A DNA stretch of 55,326 bases from Candidatus Kurthia equi. GTDB taxonomy: Bacteria; Bacillota; Bacilli; Bacillales_A; Planococcaceae. Positions 35,378 through 49,304 of the stretch are shown piece by piece. How positions within the stretch are numbered: the first letter of the stretch is position 1; the number at the start of each line of letters is the position of its first letter. A program made the position numbers and the translations under genes. The notes under the pieces were generated by a model. That model saw only the letters and a program-made list of their open reading frames with translations, was not told where the DNA came from and made no database searches. The stretch covers positions 1-55,326 of the forward strand of contig JAGHSJ010000021.1 of NCBI GenBank assembly GCA_018065935.1, read 5' to 3'.

Positions 35378-35655
35378 TGGAAGCACGTGATATCTTAAAA
35401 CGTCCAGTCATTACTGAGCAATCTTCAGAACAAATGGCTGAACAAAAATATACTTTCGAAGTTGACACTCGTGCCAACAAAACTGAAGTAAAACACGCTG
35501 TTGAATCTATCTTTGGTGTTAAAGTTGCAAAAGTTAACATCATGAACTATAAAGGTAAAATGAAACGCGTTGGTAAATTCAGTGGTTTAACAAACAAACG
35601 TCGTAAAGCTATCGTAACGTTAGTTGAAGGCGAAATCGAATTATTTGAAATTTAA
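35377..35655 (+). CDS. rplW: 50S ribosomal protein L23
   Basis: RPVITE and RRKAIVTL motifs. Confidence 0.98.
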   Translation: MEARDILKRPVITEQSSEQMAEQKYTFEVDTRANKTEVKHAVESIFGVKVAKVNIMNYKGKMKRVGKFSGLTNKRRKAIVTLVEGEIELFEI

Positions 35656-35694
35656 TTTCAAGTAGAATAGATATTTTCAAAGGAGGGAAAACAC

Positions 35695-36525
35695 ATGGCG
35701 ATTAAAAAGTACAAACCTACCACAAATGGACGTCGTAATATGACTACATCTGACTTTGCTGAGATCACTACTAATAAACCTGAGAAATCATTATTAGAGT
35801 CTACAAAACGCAAAGCTGGTCGTAATAACCAGGGTAAAATCACTGTTCGTCATAATGGTGGTGGACATAAACGCCAATACCGTATCATTGATTTCAAACG
35901 TATCAAAGATGGTATCCCAGGTAAAGTCGCTACTATTGAGTATGATCCAAACAGATCTGCTAACATCGCATTAATTAACTATGCTGATGGTCAAAAAACT
36001 TACATCTTAGCTCCAAAAGGCTTAACTGTAGGTATGGAAATTGTTTCAGGTCCAGACGTAGATATTAAAGTTGGTAACGCATTACCACTAGCTAATATCC
36101 CAATGGGTACAACAATTCACAACATCGAAATGAAACCTGGTAAAGGTGGACAATTAGTACGTTCTGCAGGTACTTCAGCGCAAGTACTTGGTAAAGAAGA
36201 TAAGTACGTAATCGTTCGTTTACAATCAGGTGAAGTACGTATGATCCTTGCTACATGCCGCGCTACAATCGGTGCTGTTGGTAACGAACAACACGAACTT
36301 ATTCATCTTGGTAAAGCAGGACGTAAACGTTGGATGGGTAAACGCCCAACTGTACGTGGTTCTGTAATGAACCCTAACGATCACCCACACGGTGGTGGTG
36401 AAGGTAAAGCTCCAATCGGACGTAAGTCTCCAATGACTCCTTGGGGTAAACCAGCACTTGGTTACAAAACTCGTAACAAACGTGCTAAATCCGACAAACT
36501 TATCATTCGTCGTCGTAAAAAATAA
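35695..36525 (+). CDS. rplB: 50S ribosomal protein L2
   Basis: [13 protein letters not shown] motif. Confidence 0.99.
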   Translation: MAIKKYKPTTNGRRNMTTSDFAEITTNKPEKSLLESTKRKAGRNNQGKITVRHNGGGHKRQYRIIDFKRIKDGIPGKVATIEYDPNRSANIALINYADGQKTYILAPKGLTVGMEIVSGPDVDIKVGNALPLANIPMGTTIHNIEMKPGKGGQLVRSAGTSAQVLGKEDKYVIVRLQSGEVRMILATCRATIGAVGNEQHELIHLGKAGRKRWMGKRPTVRGSVMNPNDHPHGGGEGKAPIGRKSPMTPWGKPALGYKTRNKRAKSDKLIIRRRKK

Positions 36526-36585
36526 AGTGGTTAAACTACGGTTCAATGAACGAACCGTGGTGGCATCACGGAGGGAGGCTCCAAA

Positions 36586-36867
36586 ATGGGTCGTAGCTTG
36601 AAAAAAGGACCTTTTGTTGACGCTCACTTATTCACTAAAGTTGAAGCACAACAAGAGTCAGAAAAGAAACAAGTTATTAAAACTTGGTCTCGCCGCTCTA
36701 CAATCTTCCCGAATTTTATCGGTTTAACAATCGCTGTATATGATGGTCGTAAACATGTACCTGTATACGTGACTGAAGATATGGTAGGCCATAAACTTGG
36801 CGAATTTGCACCAACACGTACTTATAAAGGTCACGGTGCAGATGATAAGAAAACATCAGTACGCTAA
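36586..36867 (+). CDS. rpsS: 30S ribosomal protein S19
   Basis: RSLKKGPF and [11 protein letters not shown] motifs. Confidence 0.99.
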   Translation: MGRSLKKGPFVDAHLFTKVEAQQESEKKQVIKTWSRRSTIFPNFIGLTIAVYDGRKHVPVYVTEDMVGHKLGEFAPTRTYKGHGADDKKTSVR

Positions 36868-36889
36868 TTAAGAGGGGAGGTCAATCCTA

Positions 36890-37234
36890 ATGCAACAAGC
36901 TAAAGCAGTCGCTCGCACAGTTCGCATTGCTCCTCGTAAGGTACGTCTAGTAGTAGACTTAATTAGAGGCAAGCAAGTTGGCGAAGCAATCGCTATTTTA
37001 AACCACACTCCACGTTCAGCTTCTCCTGTCGTAGAAAAAGTTTTAAAATCAGCAATCGCTAATGCAGAGCATAACTATGATTTAGACGTTAACAGCCTAT
37101 ACATCTCTGAAGTATTCGTAGATGAAGGTGCAACGTTAAAACGTTTCCGTCCACGCGCACAAGGTCGTGCAAGTGCGATTAACAAACGTACTAGCCACAT
37201 TACTCTAGTGGTATCTGAGAAGAAGGAGGGATAA
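36890..37234 (+). CDS. rplV: 50S ribosomal protein L22
   Basis: RPRAQGRA and KRTSHIT motifs. Confidence 0.99.
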   Translation: MQQAKAVARTVRIAPRKVRLVVDLIRGKQVGEAIAILNHTPRSASPVVEKVLKSAIANAEHNYDLDVNSLYISEVFVDEGATLKRFRPRAQGRASAINKRTSHITLVVSEKKEG

Positions 37235-37237
37235 TAC

Positions 37238-37894
37238 ATGGGTCAAAAAGTACATCCAATAGGTTTACGTGTTGGTGTCATCCGTGATTGGGAATCTCGC
37301 TGGTACGCTGAGAAGGACTATGCAACATTACTTCACGAAGATATCAAAGTTCGTAACTTTATTGAAACAACTTTAAAAGAAGCATCTGTTTCTAAGGTAG
37401 AAATTGAACGTGCTGCTAATAAACTTAACATCACAATTAGTACAGCGAAACCAGGTATGGTTATCGGTAAGGGTGGTACTGAAGTAGAATCACTTCGTAA
37501 AAACCTTAACGCTATGACTGGCAAACGCGTACACATCAACATCGTTGAAATTAAACGTGCTGATCTTGATGCAAAACTAGTTGCTGAGAACATCGCTCGC
37601 CAATTAGAAAACCGTGTATCATTCCGTCGTGCACAAAAACAAACAATTCAACGCACTATCCGTGCTGGTGCTAAGGGTATCAAAACTCAAGTATCTGGTC
37701 GTTTAGGTGGCGCTGATATCGCTCGTGCTGAGCATTACAGTGAAGGAACTGTTCCACTTCATACTCTTCGCGCTGACATCGATTATGCTCACGCTGAAGC
37801 TGACACAACTTATGGTAAGTTAGGTGTTAAAGTATGGATCTACCGTGGAGAAGTACTTCCAACTAAGAAGAACTCTGTGGAAGGAGGCAAATAA
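37238..37894 (+). CDS. rpsC: 30S ribosomal protein S3
   Basis: [10 protein letters not shown] motif and KH domain. Confidence 0.99.
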   Translation: MGQKVHPIGLRVGVIRDWESRWYAEKDYATLLHEDIKVRNFIETTLKEASVSKVEIERAANKLNITISTAKPGMVIGKGGTEVESLRKNLNAMTGKRVHINIVEIKRADLDAKLVAENIARQLENRVSFRRAQKQTIQRTIRAGAKGIKTQVSGRLGGADIARAEHYSEGTVPLHTLRADIDYAHAEADTTYGKLGVKVWIYRGEVLPTKKNSVEGGK

Positions 37895-37895
37895 T

Positions 37896-38517
<622 letters not shown>

Positions 38518-38525
38518 ACTGGTAA

Positions 38526-38804
<279 letters not shown>

Positions 38805-38843
38805 ATAATTTCGGAACACTCGATCCGAAGGGAGGTAACCTAA

Positions 38844-39212
<369 letters not shown>

Positions 39213-39246
39213 TTACATGAAAGTAGCGATCAAGGAGGTGCGACAC

Positions 39247-39555
39247 ATGCACGTTAAAAAAGGCGATAAAGTAATGGTTATCTCAGGTAAAGATAAGGGC
39301 AAATCAGGCGTTATCCTATCTGCGTTCCCGAAAAAAGATCGCGTTTTAGTTGAAGGCGTTAATATTGTTAAAAAACACGTTAAACCTAACCAACTAAATC
39401 CACAAGGTGGAATTGTTAGCCAAGAGGCTGCAATCCACGTTTCGAACGTAATGCTTATCGATCCAAAATCAGGCGAGCCGACTCGCGTAGGTTATACAAT
39501 GGAAGATGGCAAAAAAGTTCGTGTTTCTAAAAAAACAGGTAAAGTAATCGACTAA
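39247..39555 (+). CDS. rplX: 50S ribosomal protein L24
   Basis: [19 protein letters not shown] motif. Confidence 0.98.
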   Translation: MHVKKGDKVMVISGKDKGKSGVILSAFPKKDRVLVEGVNIVKKHVKPNQLNPQGGIVSQEAAIHVSNVMLIDPKSGEPTRVGYTMEDGKKVRVSKKTGKVID

Positions 39556-39578
39556 AAGTTAAGAGGGGAGGTACACAA

Positions 39579-40320
<742 letters not shown>

Positions 40321-40349
40321 TCCCCTAATTTGGGAAGGAGGTAAATGTA

Positions 40350-40748
40350 ATGACAATGACAGATCCAATTGCTGACATGCTAACTCGTATTCGTAATGCG
40401 AACATGGTTCGTCACGAAAAATTAGAGCTTCCGGCTTCTAATATCAAAAAAGAAATCGCTGAAATCCTTAAGCGTGAAGGTTTTGTACGTGATGTAGAGT
40501 ATGTTGAGGACGACAAACAAGGACTTATCCGTATTTTCTTAAAATATGGTCAAAATAACGAACGTGTTATTACAGGTTTAAAACGTATTTCTAAACCAGG
40601 TTTACGCGTTTACGCAAAAACTGAAGAAGTTCCTAAAGTATTAAACGGTCTTGGTATCGCTTTAGTTTCTACTTCAAATGGTTTATTAACTGACAAAGAA
40701 GCTCGCGCACAAAAAGTTGGCGGCGAAGTTTTAGCATACGTTTGGTAA
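40350..40748 (+). CDS. rpsH: 30S ribosomal protein S8
   Basis: [12 protein letters not shown] and SKPGLRVY motifs. Confidence 0.99.
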   Translation: MTMTDPIADMLTRIRNANMVRHEKLELPASNIKKEIAEILKREGFVRDVEYVEDDKQGLIRIFLKYGQNNERVITGLKRISKPGLRVYAKTEEVPKVLNGLGIALVSTSNGLLTDKEARAQKVGGEVLAYVW

Positions 40749-40780
40749 TAAGCAACAAATGAATGGAGGTGCAACATTAA

Positions 40781-41320
40781 ATGTCTCGAATAGGTAAAAA
40801 AATTATCGAGGTACCTGCAGGAGTTACTGTTGAAGTTTCGGCTGATAACGTAGCAACTGTTAAAGGTCCAAAAGGCGAATTAGTTCGTTCTTTTCACAAA
40901 GATATGACAATTGCTATTGAAGGTAACGTGATCACAGTAACACGTCCTTCTGAATCTAAAGAACACCGTACTAACCACGGTACAACTCGTGCGTTACTAG
41001 CTAACATGGTAACTGGTGTTTCTGAAGGTTTCACAAAATCTCTTGATCTTATTGGTGTAGGTTACCGTGCACAATTACAAGGTAAAAAACTTGTACTTAA
41101 CGTAGGTTTCTCTCATCCAGTAGAATTTACTCCAGAAAACGGTGTTGAAGTTGAAGTTCCGACTAACACTAAAATCATCGTTAAGGGTATTTCTAAAGAA
41201 CAAGTTGGTGCTCTTGCATCTAACATCCGTGACGTTCGTCCACCAGAACCTTATAAAGGTAAAGGGATCCGTTACGAAGGCGAAATCGTTCGTCGTAAAG
41301 AAGGTAAAACAGGTAAATAA
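40781..41320 (+). CDS. rplF: 50S ribosomal protein L6
   Basis: [13 protein letters not shown] motif. Confidence 0.99.
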   Translation: MSRIGKKIIEVPAGVTVEVSADNVATVKGPKGELVRSFHKDMTIAIEGNVITVTRPSESKEHRTNHGTTRALLANMVTGVSEGFTKSLDLIGVGYRAQLQGKKLVLNVGFSHPVEFTPENGVEVEVPTNTKIIVKGISKEQVGALASNIRDVRPPEPYKGKGIRYEGEIVRRKEGKTGK

Positions 41321-41353
41321 TGCTGCCTAAGCATTAGAAAGGAGTGACCTCTT

Positions 41354-41713
41354 GTGATTACGAAACAAGATAAGAATCAAGTTCGTAAAAAACGTCATGC
41401 TCGCGTACGTTCAAAAATTTCAGGTACAACACTTAAACCACGTTTAAATGTATACCGTTCTAATAAAAACATTTACGCTCAAATCATCGACGATTCTCAA
41501 GGCGTAACATTAGTATCTGCTTCAACAATGGATAAAGGTTTAGAAAACCTTAATGGCAATGTAGAAGCTGCTAAAACTATTGGCGAAACTATCGCTAAAA
41601 AAGCTGCTGAAAAAAACATCAAAGCTGTTGTATTTGATCGTGGCGGTTACTTATACCATGGACGTGTTAAAGCTTTAGCTGAAGCTGCTCGCGAAAACGG
41701 TTTAGAATTTTAA
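41354..41713 (+). CDS. rplR: 50S ribosomal protein L18
   Basis: [12 protein letters not shown] motif. Confidence 0.99.
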   Translation: MITKQDKNQVRKKRHARVRSKISGTTLKPRLNVYRSNKNIYAQIIDDSQGVTLVSASTMDKGLENLNGNVEAAKTIGETIAKKAAEKNIKAVVFDRGGYLYHGRVKALAEAARENGLEF

Positions 41714-41734
41714 TAAGAAGGAGGTACACATTTC

Positions 41735-42238
41735 ATGGGTCACGTTATTGACGCAAACAAATTAGAACTTGAAGAACGCGTTGTTACCATCAACCGCGTT
41801 GCTAAAGTTGTTAAAGGTGGACGTCGTTTCCGTTTTACTGCATTAGTAGTAGTCGGAGACCGCAACGGCCATGTAGGTTTTGGTACAGGTAAAGCTCAAG
41901 AAGTACCTGATGCTATTCGCAAAGCTGTAGAAGATGCGAAGAAAAACCTAGTGGAAGTTCCACGTGTGGGTGGTACTACACCTCACTTAGTAATTGGTAA
42001 ATTTGGTGCAGGAAACATCCTGATCAAACCTGCTGCTCCTGGTACAGGAGTTATCGCTGGTGGTCCGGTTCGTGCCGTACTAGAACTTGCTGGTATTACT
42101 GATATTCTTTCAAAATCTTTAGGATCAAACACACCAATCAACATGGTGCGCGCGACTGTTAAAGGTTTAACAGAACTTAAACACGCTGAAGAAGTTGCAA
42201 AACTTCGTGGTAAGTCTGTAGAAGAGTTATTAGGTTAA
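41735..42238 (+). CDS. rpsE: 30S ribosomal protein S5
   Basis: [14 protein letters not shown] motif. Confidence 0.99.
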   Translation: MGHVIDANKLELEERVVTINRVAKVVKGGRRFRFTALVVVGDRNGHVGFGTGKAQEVPDAIRKAVEDAKKNLVEVPRVGGTTPHLVIGKFGAGNILIKPAAPGTGVIAGGPVRAVLELAGITDILSKSLGSNTPINMVRATVKGLTELKHAEEVAKLRGKSVEELLG

Positions 42239-42252
42239 GGGGGGAAATGACT

Positions 42253-42435
42253 ATGGCAAACAAATTAGAAGTTACCCTTACTAAAAGCCTAATTGGTACT
42301 AAACCAGGCCAACGCGCTACTGCTGAAGCTTTAGGTTTACGCAAAATGAATCAAACTGTTGAACACAACGATAACGTTGCTGTTCGCGGTGCGATCGCTA
42401 AAGTAGCTCATTTAGTTACAGTTACTGAAAAATAA
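42253..42435 (+). CDS. rpmD: 50S ribosomal protein L30
   Basis: [13 protein letters not shown] motif; synteny. Confidence 0.97.
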   Translation: MANKLEVTLTKSLIGTKPGQRATAEALGLRKMNQTVEHNDNVAVRGAIAKVAHLVTVTEK

Positions 42436-42470
42436 TTTAAATTTTAGATATAAGGAGGTGCCATCGAATA

Positions 42471-42911
42471 ATGAAACTTCATGAATTAGAACCAGCTGCT
42501 GGTTCACGTAAAGTACGTAACCGTGTAGGTCGTGGTATGGCGACTGGTAACGGTAAAACGTCTGGACGCGGTCATAAAGGTCAAAATTCACGTTCAGGCG
42601 GCGGCGTTCGTCCGGGCTTTGAAGGTGGTCAAAACCCTTTATTCCGTCGTTTACCAAAACGCGGATTCACAAACATTAACCGTAAAGAGTTTGCTATCGT
42701 AAACCTTGACGCGTTAAATCGTTTCGAAGACGGTACAGAAGTTACACCAGCTTTATTAATCGAATCTGGTGTTGTAGGCAATGAAAAATCTGGTATCAAG
42801 ATTCTAGGTAATGGATCAATTGATAAAAAGCTTTCTATTAAAGCCCACAAATTCTCAGCTTCAGCTAAAGAAGCAATCGAAAATGCGGGTGGAAACATAG
42901 AGGTGATCTAA
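42471..42911 (+). CDS. rplO: 50S ribosomal protein L15
   Basis: [18 protein letters not shown] motif. Confidence 0.99.
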   Translation: MKLHELEPAAGSRKVRNRVGRGMATGNGKTSGRGHKGQNSRSGGGVRPGFEGGQNPLFRRLPKRGFTNINRKEFAIVNLDALNRFEDGTEVTPALLIESGVVGNEKSGIKILGNGSIDKKLSIKAHKFSASAKEAIENAGGNIEVI

Positions 42912-44197
42912 TGTTTCAGACAATCTCTAACTTTTTACGCGTCAGAGATATACGAAATAAAATCATCTTTACCCTTTTGATGCTGGTTGTGTTCCGTATA
43001 GGAACATTCGTACCAGTGCCAAATGTGGATGCCCAAGTGCTACAACAGACTGATCAATACTCATTGGTTGGTTTCCTGAATACATTCGGTGGTGGAGCAC
43101 TTCAAAACTTTTCGATCTTTGCGATGGGTATAATGCCGTATATTACGGCATCAATCATCGTGCAACTGTTGCAAATGGATGTTGTGAAGAAGTTTACAGA
43201 ATGGTCTAAGCAAGGCGAGGCTGGTCGTAAGAAAAGCGCGCAATTCACGCGTTATTTTGCAATCATCTTAGCATTTATTCAATCAATCGCTATGTCATAT
43301 GGTTTTAACCGTATGTATGGTGGTTCGTTGATAAATGATGAGGGTATCCTTACTTACTTAACAATTGCTATTGTGTTAACGGCTGGTACAGCATTTCTTT
43401 TATGGTTAGGCGAACAAATTACTGAAAAAGGTGTTGGTAATGGTATTTCCATTATTATCTTTGCCGGTATTGTTGCAGCTTTACCAACAACAGTTAACCA
43501 AATTTATGCTCAACAGTTTGAAAATGCTGGTGAACAAATGTTCATCAATATTATTAAAATGGCATTAGTAGTTATTGCAGCTCTAGTTATTGTCGTTGGG
43601 GTAATTTACTTCCAACAAGCGGATCGTAAGATTCCAATTCAATACGCTAAAGGTACAAGCGCTACTCGTGGAGCACAACAATCGCATTTACCACTTAAAG
43701 TCAATGCAGCTGGTGTAATTCCAGTAATCTTCGCTGTTGCGTTTATCGTAACGCCTAGAACAATTGCTTCTTTATTTGGTGACGGCAAAGTAGCTACATT
43801 TATCACGAACACTTTTGATTACTCTAAACCAGTAGGTATGATAATCTACATTGCATTAATTGTTGCGTTTACGTACTTCTATGCATTTGTACAAGTGAAT
43901 CCTGAAAAAGTGGCTGATAACTTGAAAAAACAAGGTGCGTATATTCCAGGGATTCGTCCAGGGAAGAAAACGGAATCTTATTTGACAAGTGTGTTATATC
44001 GCTTAACTTTTGTAGGTGCGATTTACTTATCGATCGTGGCAATTTTACCGATATTATTCGTTAATATCGCTAACTTACCTCAATCGGCACAAATTGGTGG
44101 TACTAGCTTAATCATCGTTGTCGGCGTTGCGCTGGAAACAATGAAACAACTAGAATCTCAACTAGTAAAACGTCATTATAAAGGTTTTATGAAATAA
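42911..44197 (+). CDS. secY: Preprotein translocase subunit SecY
   Basis: GIMPYITASII, GVGNGISIII and IPGIRPG motifs; multiple TMs. Confidence 0.99.
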   Translation: MFQTISNFLRVRDIRNKIIFTLLMLVVFRIGTFVPVPNVDAQVLQQTDQYSLVGFLNTFGGGALQNFSIFAMGIMPYITASIIVQLLQMDVVKKFTEWSKQGEAGRKKSAQFTRYFAIILAFIQSIAMSYGFNRMYGGSLINDEGILTYLTIAIVLTAGTAFLLWLGEQITEKGVGNGISIIIFAGIVAALPTTVNQIYAQQFENAGEQMFINIIKMALVVIAALVIVVGVIYFQQADRKIPIQYAKGTSATRGAQQSHLPLKVNAAGVIPVIFAVAFIVTPRTIASLFGDGKVATFITNTFDYSKPVGMIIYIALIVAFTYFYAFVQVNPEKVADNLKKQGAYIPGIRPGKKTESYLTSVLYRLTFVGAIYLSIVAILPILFVNIANLPQSAQIGGTSLIIVVGVALETMKQLESQLVKRHYKGFMK

Positions 44198-44210
44198 AAG
44201 TTGGTAGTAG

Positions 44211-44918
<708 letters not shown>

Positions 44919-44959
44919 TAACCCATGTCTCGGGCGCTTTGTAATACTGAGGTAAGGTA

Positions 44960-45300
44960 GTACGCGGTGGCACAACGGAAAGTTAATTTTCGAGAGCTGC
45001 AAAAGCATATTGTGCCCGGTCTATGCACTGAAGAATGGATTGTTTCGTTTAAAGGATACCCTTTTTCCTTGATGCAATCAGTATTCGAACAGGGTATAAT
45101 GGGTTTCGTAAAGTATCTATGAAAATAGGTATGCAGGATCTCATCTAGGACATTCCGGGTGATCGTGTTGATAGTAATGGATACAAGTTCTCCGTGAACA
45201 TGTTCCTAGGATTATGAGATGCGAAACTTGTGAACGTCTTTCGAACATCCTCATGAACCAAACACTGTTGATGCGGTTTATCTTGTTTTAAGATGAAGCT
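44960..45300 (+). pseudogene. map: Degraded methionine aminopeptidase (map) remnant; boundaries approximate
   Basis: Frame 1 ELQKHIVPGLCTEE; after a frameshift DAISIRTGYNGFR..QDLI*DIPGDRV, colinear with Bacillus Map ELKKHIKPGISTKE, GAIPSFKGYNGFR, EELVHGIPGSRV. Confidence 0.8.
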
Positions 45301-45366
45301 TGCAGCAAATTCCGTTTGAATTTGACGATGAGAACCTGAATTGCATATAGAAGGGAGACAGGCTCG

Positions 45367-45585
45367 ATGGCGAAAGACGATGTAATTGAAATCGAAGGCA
45401 CGGTTCTTGAAACTTTGCCAAACGCGATGTTTAAGGTAGAATTAGAGAATGGTCATACTGTGCTAGCACACGTTTCGGGAAAAATCCGTATGCACTTTAT
45501 TCGTATTTTACCTGGAGATAAGGTTACTATTGAATTATCTCCGTATGACTTAACACGCGGTCGTATCACATACCGTTTTAAATAA
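45367..45585 (+). CDS. infA: Translation initiation factor IF-1
   Basis: [13 protein letters not shown] and [10 protein letters not shown] motifs. Confidence 0.99.
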   Translation: MAKDDVIEIEGTVLETLPNAMFKVELENGHTVLAHVSGKIRMHFIRILPGDKVTIELSPYDLTRGRITYRFK

Positions 45586-45617
45586 TCTTTTGCACTCCGG
45601 ACCACTAAGGAGGTTAG

Positions 45618-45737
<120 letters not shown>

Positions 45738-45761
45738 TTCCTAAGGAGGTGCACATCGTAC

Positions 45762-46127
45762 ATGGCACGTATTGCAGGTGTTGACATTCCACGCGAAAAA
45801 CGCGTTGTAATTTCATTAACATACATTTACGGTATCGGTAACACTACTGCTAAGCAAGTTCTTGCTGCAGCTGGTATTTCTGAAGATATCCGTGTAAAAG
45901 ATCTAACTGAAGATCAATTAAACCAAATCCGTGAACAATTAGATAAGTATAAAGTTGAGGGTGACTTACGTCGTGAGATCTCACTTAACATTAAACGCCT
46001 AATGGAAATCGGTTCATTCCGAGGTATCCGTCACCGTCGCGGTTTACCAGTTCGTGGACAAAATACGAAGAACAATGCGCGTACGCGTAAAGGTCCTCGT
46101 AAAACTGTTGCGAACAAGAAAAAATAA
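45762..46127 (+). CDS. rpsM: 30S ribosomal protein S13
   Basis: [19 protein letters not shown] motif. Confidence 0.99.
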   Translation: MARIAGVDIPREKRVVISLTYIYGIGNTTAKQVLAAAGISEDIRVKDLTEDQLNQIREQLDKYKVEGDLRREISLNIKRLMEIGSFRGIRHRRGLPVRGQNTKNNARTRKGPRKTVANKKK

Positions 46128-46153
46128 TTAAGTAAAGGAGGTTTCTTCTTAAC

Positions 46154-46543
46154 ATGGTACGTAAACAACAATCACGTAAACGTCGTGTGAAAAAAAATAT
46201 CGAATCAGGTATCGCTCACATCCGTTCTACATTTAATAATACAATTGTTACAATCACAGATGTTCAAGGTAACGCAATTTCTTGGTCTTCTGCTGGTGCA
46301 CTAGGTTTCCGTGGATCACGTAAATCTACTCCATTCGCATCTCAAATGGCTGCTGAAGCTGCTGCTAAGACTGCAATGGAACATGGTTTAAAAACTTTAG
46401 AAGTAACTGTTAAGGGTCCTGGCGCAGGTCGTGAAGCTGCAATTCGTGCACTTCAAGCTGCAGGTTTAGACGTTACAGCTATCAAAGATGTAACACCAGT
46501 TCCTCATAATGGTTGCCGCCCACCAAAACGTCGTCGCGTATAA
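46154..46543 (+). CDS. rpsK: 30S ribosomal protein S11
   Basis: STFNNT and [18 protein letters not shown] motifs. Confidence 0.99.
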   Translation: MVRKQQSRKRRVKKNIESGIAHIRSTFNNTIVTITDVQGNAISWSSAGALGFRGSRKSTPFASQMAAEAAAKTAMEHGLKTLEVTVKGPGAGREAAIRALQAAGLDVTAIKDVTPVPHNGCRPPKRRRV

Positions 46544-46670
46544 TTAAACCTTGTTGCCTAGCCGACTGGATTTAATGTACAAATATATTTAATAATCGTA
46601 AAGATTGAATGACATTTGATTTAATGTTGAAATAGATATATATTCGATGTTTTTAAGGAGGGTAAATTGA

Positions 46671-47615
46671 ATGATCGAAATTGAAAAACCAAAGATTGAA
46701 ACCGTTGAGATCAGTAATGACCTTAAATATGGCAAATTTGTTGTAGAACCACTTGAACGTGGATATGGTACTACTTTGGGTAATTCACTACGTCGCATTC
46801 TGCTGTCTTCTCTACCAGGAGCTGCTGTAACTTCAATTCAAATTGATGGTGTTCTTCATGAATTCTCTACTATTGAGGGTGTAATCGAAGATGTAGCATC
46901 AATCGTATTGAACCTTAAAAAACTTGCTTTAAAAATTTACTCTGACGAAGAAAAAGTTATTGAAATTGATTTTGCAGGCGAAGGTGTAATCACAGCTGCT
47001 GATATTATGCATGACAGTGATGTGGAAGTGTTAAACCCAGATTTATATATCGCTACAGTTGCTAAAAACGGTCACTTACGTATGCGTATGCATGCACAAC
47101 GTGGACGTGGGTACACTCCAGCTGATCAAAACAAACGCGAGGATCTTCCTATCGGCGTTATCCCGATCGACTCTATTTACACTCCAGTTTCACGCGTCAA
47201 CTTCACTGTTGAAAATACTCGTGTTGGACAATCGTCTGACTTCGATAAACTTTCACTAGATGTGTGGACGGATGGCAGCATCGGTCCTAAAGAGGCGATT
47301 TCGCTCGGAGCTAAAATTTTAACCGAGCATCTAAATATCTTCGTTGGTTTAACTGATGAAGCTAAAACAGCTGAAATCATGGTTGAAAAAGAAGAAGATC
47401 AAAAAGAAAAAGTCTTAGAGATGACTATCGAAGAGCTTGATCTTTCTGTTCGTTCTTACAACTGCTTAAAACGCGCTGGAATCAATACTGTACTTGAACT
47501 TGCTAACAAGTCTGAGGATGATATGATGAAAGTCCGCAATTTAGGTCGTAAATCATTAGAAGAAGTAAAAGCTAAGTTAGAAGAGCTTGGTTTAGGATTA
47601 CGAGAAGAAGACTAA
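46671..47615 (+). CDS. rpoA: RNA polymerase alpha subunit
   Basis: [22 protein letters not shown] motif and alpha-[14 protein letters not shown]. Confidence 0.99.
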   Translation: MIEIEKPKIETVEISNDLKYGKFVVEPLERGYGTTLGNSLRRILLSSLPGAAVTSIQIDGVLHEFSTIEGVIEDVASIVLNLKKLALKIYSDEEKVIEIDFAGEGVITAADIMHDSDVEVLNPDLYIATVAKNGHLRMRMHAQRGRGYTPADQNKREDLPIGVIPIDSIYTPVSRVNFTVENTRVGQSSDFDKLSLDVWTDGSIGPKEAISLGAKILTEHLNIFVGLTDEAKTAEIMVEKEEDQKEKVLEMTIEELDLSVRSYNCLKRAGINTVLELANKSEDDMMKVRNLGRKSLEEVKAKLEELGLGLREED

Positions 47616-47671
47616 GCGATTTTATATAACAACATGTAAGATCAGTATTTGAACGAAGGAGGGAAACATCC

Positions 47672-48052
47672 ATGGGTTACAGAAAACTTGGACGTACAAG
47701 TTCTCAACGTAAAGCAATGCTTCGTGATTTAGCTACAGACTTAATCATCAACGAACGTATTGTTACAACTGAAACACGTGCTAAAGAATTACGCTCAGTT
47801 GTTGAAAAAATGATCACTTTAGGTAAACGCGGTGACTTGCACGCTCGTCGTCAAGCAGCAGCATTTATCCGTCGTGAAGTAACAACTGTTACTAACGCTG
47901 AAGGTACTGAAGAAACTGTTTTTGCTTTGCAAAAATTGTTTGATAACGTAGCACCTCGCTACGCAGAACGTCAAGGCGGTTATACACGCATTATGAAAAT
48001 GGGACCTCGCCGTGGTGACGGTGCGCCTACAGTTGTGATTGAACTAGTTTAA
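47672..48052 (+). CDS. rplQ: 50S ribosomal protein L17
   Basis: [10 protein letters not shown] and GGYTRI..RRGDGA motifs. Confidence 0.99.
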   Translation: MGYRKLGRTSSQRKAMLRDLATDLIINERIVTTETRAKELRSVVEKMITLGKRGDLHARRQAAAFIRREVTTVTNAEGTEETVFALQKLFDNVAPRYAERQGGYTRIMKMGPRRGDGAPTVVIELV

Positions 48053-48073
48053 TCATTGCAGCAGAATGCGATG

Positions 48074-48119
48074 GAGGGTGTACTTGTTCACACAAATGAA
48101 CTTTGCACCCTCTTTTTTT
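48074..48119 (+). terminator. Intrinsic terminator after rplQ
   Basis: GAGGGTG..GTTCA..TGAAC..CACCCTC stem plus T tract. Confidence 0.75.
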
Positions 48120-48154
48120 AAAACACATAAAAAAGATTTATACGACAAATTTAA

Positions 48155-48300
48155 AAGCTGAGTGTTATGATGAGCGGACATAAGTGCTGTCTCGTTTAGC
48201 TCTACGCACCCCATTCACTTCTGGGTCTGAGCAACCTGGAATGATGAGAATGAACAAATTGTTTTGCGCGTTTCTCTGGAATGGGGTGCGCGCTTTTTTA
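48155..48300 (+). ncRNA. Structured RNA downstream of rplQ, L17DE-like
   Basis: GC-rich island in the rplQ-ecfA1 spacer; 12-bp stem CGCACCCCATTC/GAATGGGGTGCG followed by T tract; position matches the L17 downstream element. Confidence 0.55.
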
Positions 48301-48458
48301 TTTTTTAACGACAAAAAAACACGACTTTTGCTATTAAGCGAAGTCGTATTTTTATACATAGAAAATTCAGTCTAGTATTCAATGAAAAAACAGTGTAAGT
48401 TAAGTAAGAGACGAGTAGAGATTAGTTTAGGATATTTTGAACAAGAGGAGATGATCAT

Positions 48459-49304
48459 ATGGTGGAAATACTATCATTGAACCATATTACATTCACATAT
48501 GATTTGGACCAGCCTGAGGTGAAAAATGCTGTAGAGGATGTTTCTTTTACTGTAAATCAAGGTGAGTGGATTGCGATTGTCGGACATAATGGTTCAGGAA
48601 AATCGACGATTGCTAAGATTATAAATGGTTTACTTTTTCCGCAGTCAGGACAAGTTACGGTCTTTGGAGAATCTATGAATGAAGAGAATTTATGGGATAT
48701 TCGTTCAAAACTTGGTATGGTTTTTCAAAATCCAGATAATCAGTTTGTAGGAGCTACTGTACAAGATGATGTAGCCTTTGCATTAGAGAATAATGGAGTA
48801 CCATATGAAGAAATGGTTAGCCGAGTAGAGAATGCGTTAGTACAAGTGAAAATGGATGGTTTTATGAACCATGAGCCACAACATTTGTCTGGTGGACAAA
48901 AGCAACGTGTAGCGATAGCTGGTGCATTAGCTTTGCGCCCCAATTTATTAATATTAGACGAAGCTACTTCGATGTTAGACCCTCAAGGGCGCAGAGAAGT
49001 ATTAGATATTGTACAACAATTACGTGAGGAAACCGGCTTAACGGTGTTATCTATCACGCATGATTTAGAAGAGGCTATTTTAGCTGATCGCTTGCTATTT
49101 ATGAATGGTGGGAAGAAGTTTGCTGAAGGACAGCCATCAGAAATATTTGGTTTAGGGGATCAATTAATTGAATTAGGCTTGGATTTACCTTTTTCAATGA
49201 AAATGGCTCGTTTACTGCAACAACAAGGTGTTCAGTTAATTGGGACACATATGTCAGAACGAGAGTTGGTGGAGGATATATGGATATCAAACTTCAAAAA
49301 GTAG
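48459..49304 (+). CDS. ecfA1: ECF transporter ATPase A1
   Basis: GHNGSGKST, FQNPDNQ and LSGGQKQR motifs; synteny. Confidence 0.95.
   Translation: MVEILSLNHITFTYDLDQPEVKNAVEDVSFTVNQGEWIAIVGHNGSGKSTIAKIINGLLFPQSGQVTVFGESMNEENLWDIRSKLGMVFQNPDNQFVGATVQDDVAFALENNGVPYEEMVSRVENALVQVKMDGFMNHEPQHLSGGQKQRVAIAGALALRPNLLILDEATSMLDPQGRREVLDIVQQLREETGLTVLSITHDLEEAILADRLLFMNGGKKFAEGQPSEIFGLGDQLIELGLDLPFSMKMARLLQQQGVQLIGTHMSERELVEDIWISNFKK

Noticed and set aside
45045-45059. SFKGY in frame 1 of the map remnant, suggesting an internal duplication
   Set aside because: The colinear match is the GYNGF at 45092; this 5-aa hit is out of register and probably coincidental
45300-45345. Possible remnant of the KOW-domain gene before infA (SKFRLNLT)
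   Set aside because: Only a few residues resemble it; not supportable
46543-46671. rpsD missing from the alpha operon
   Set aside because: Normal for Bacilli, where rpsD is encoded elsewhere
48165-48375. Overlapping 63-64 aa ORFs in the rplQ-ecfA1 spacer
   Set aside because: No clear RBS; better explained by the structured RNA
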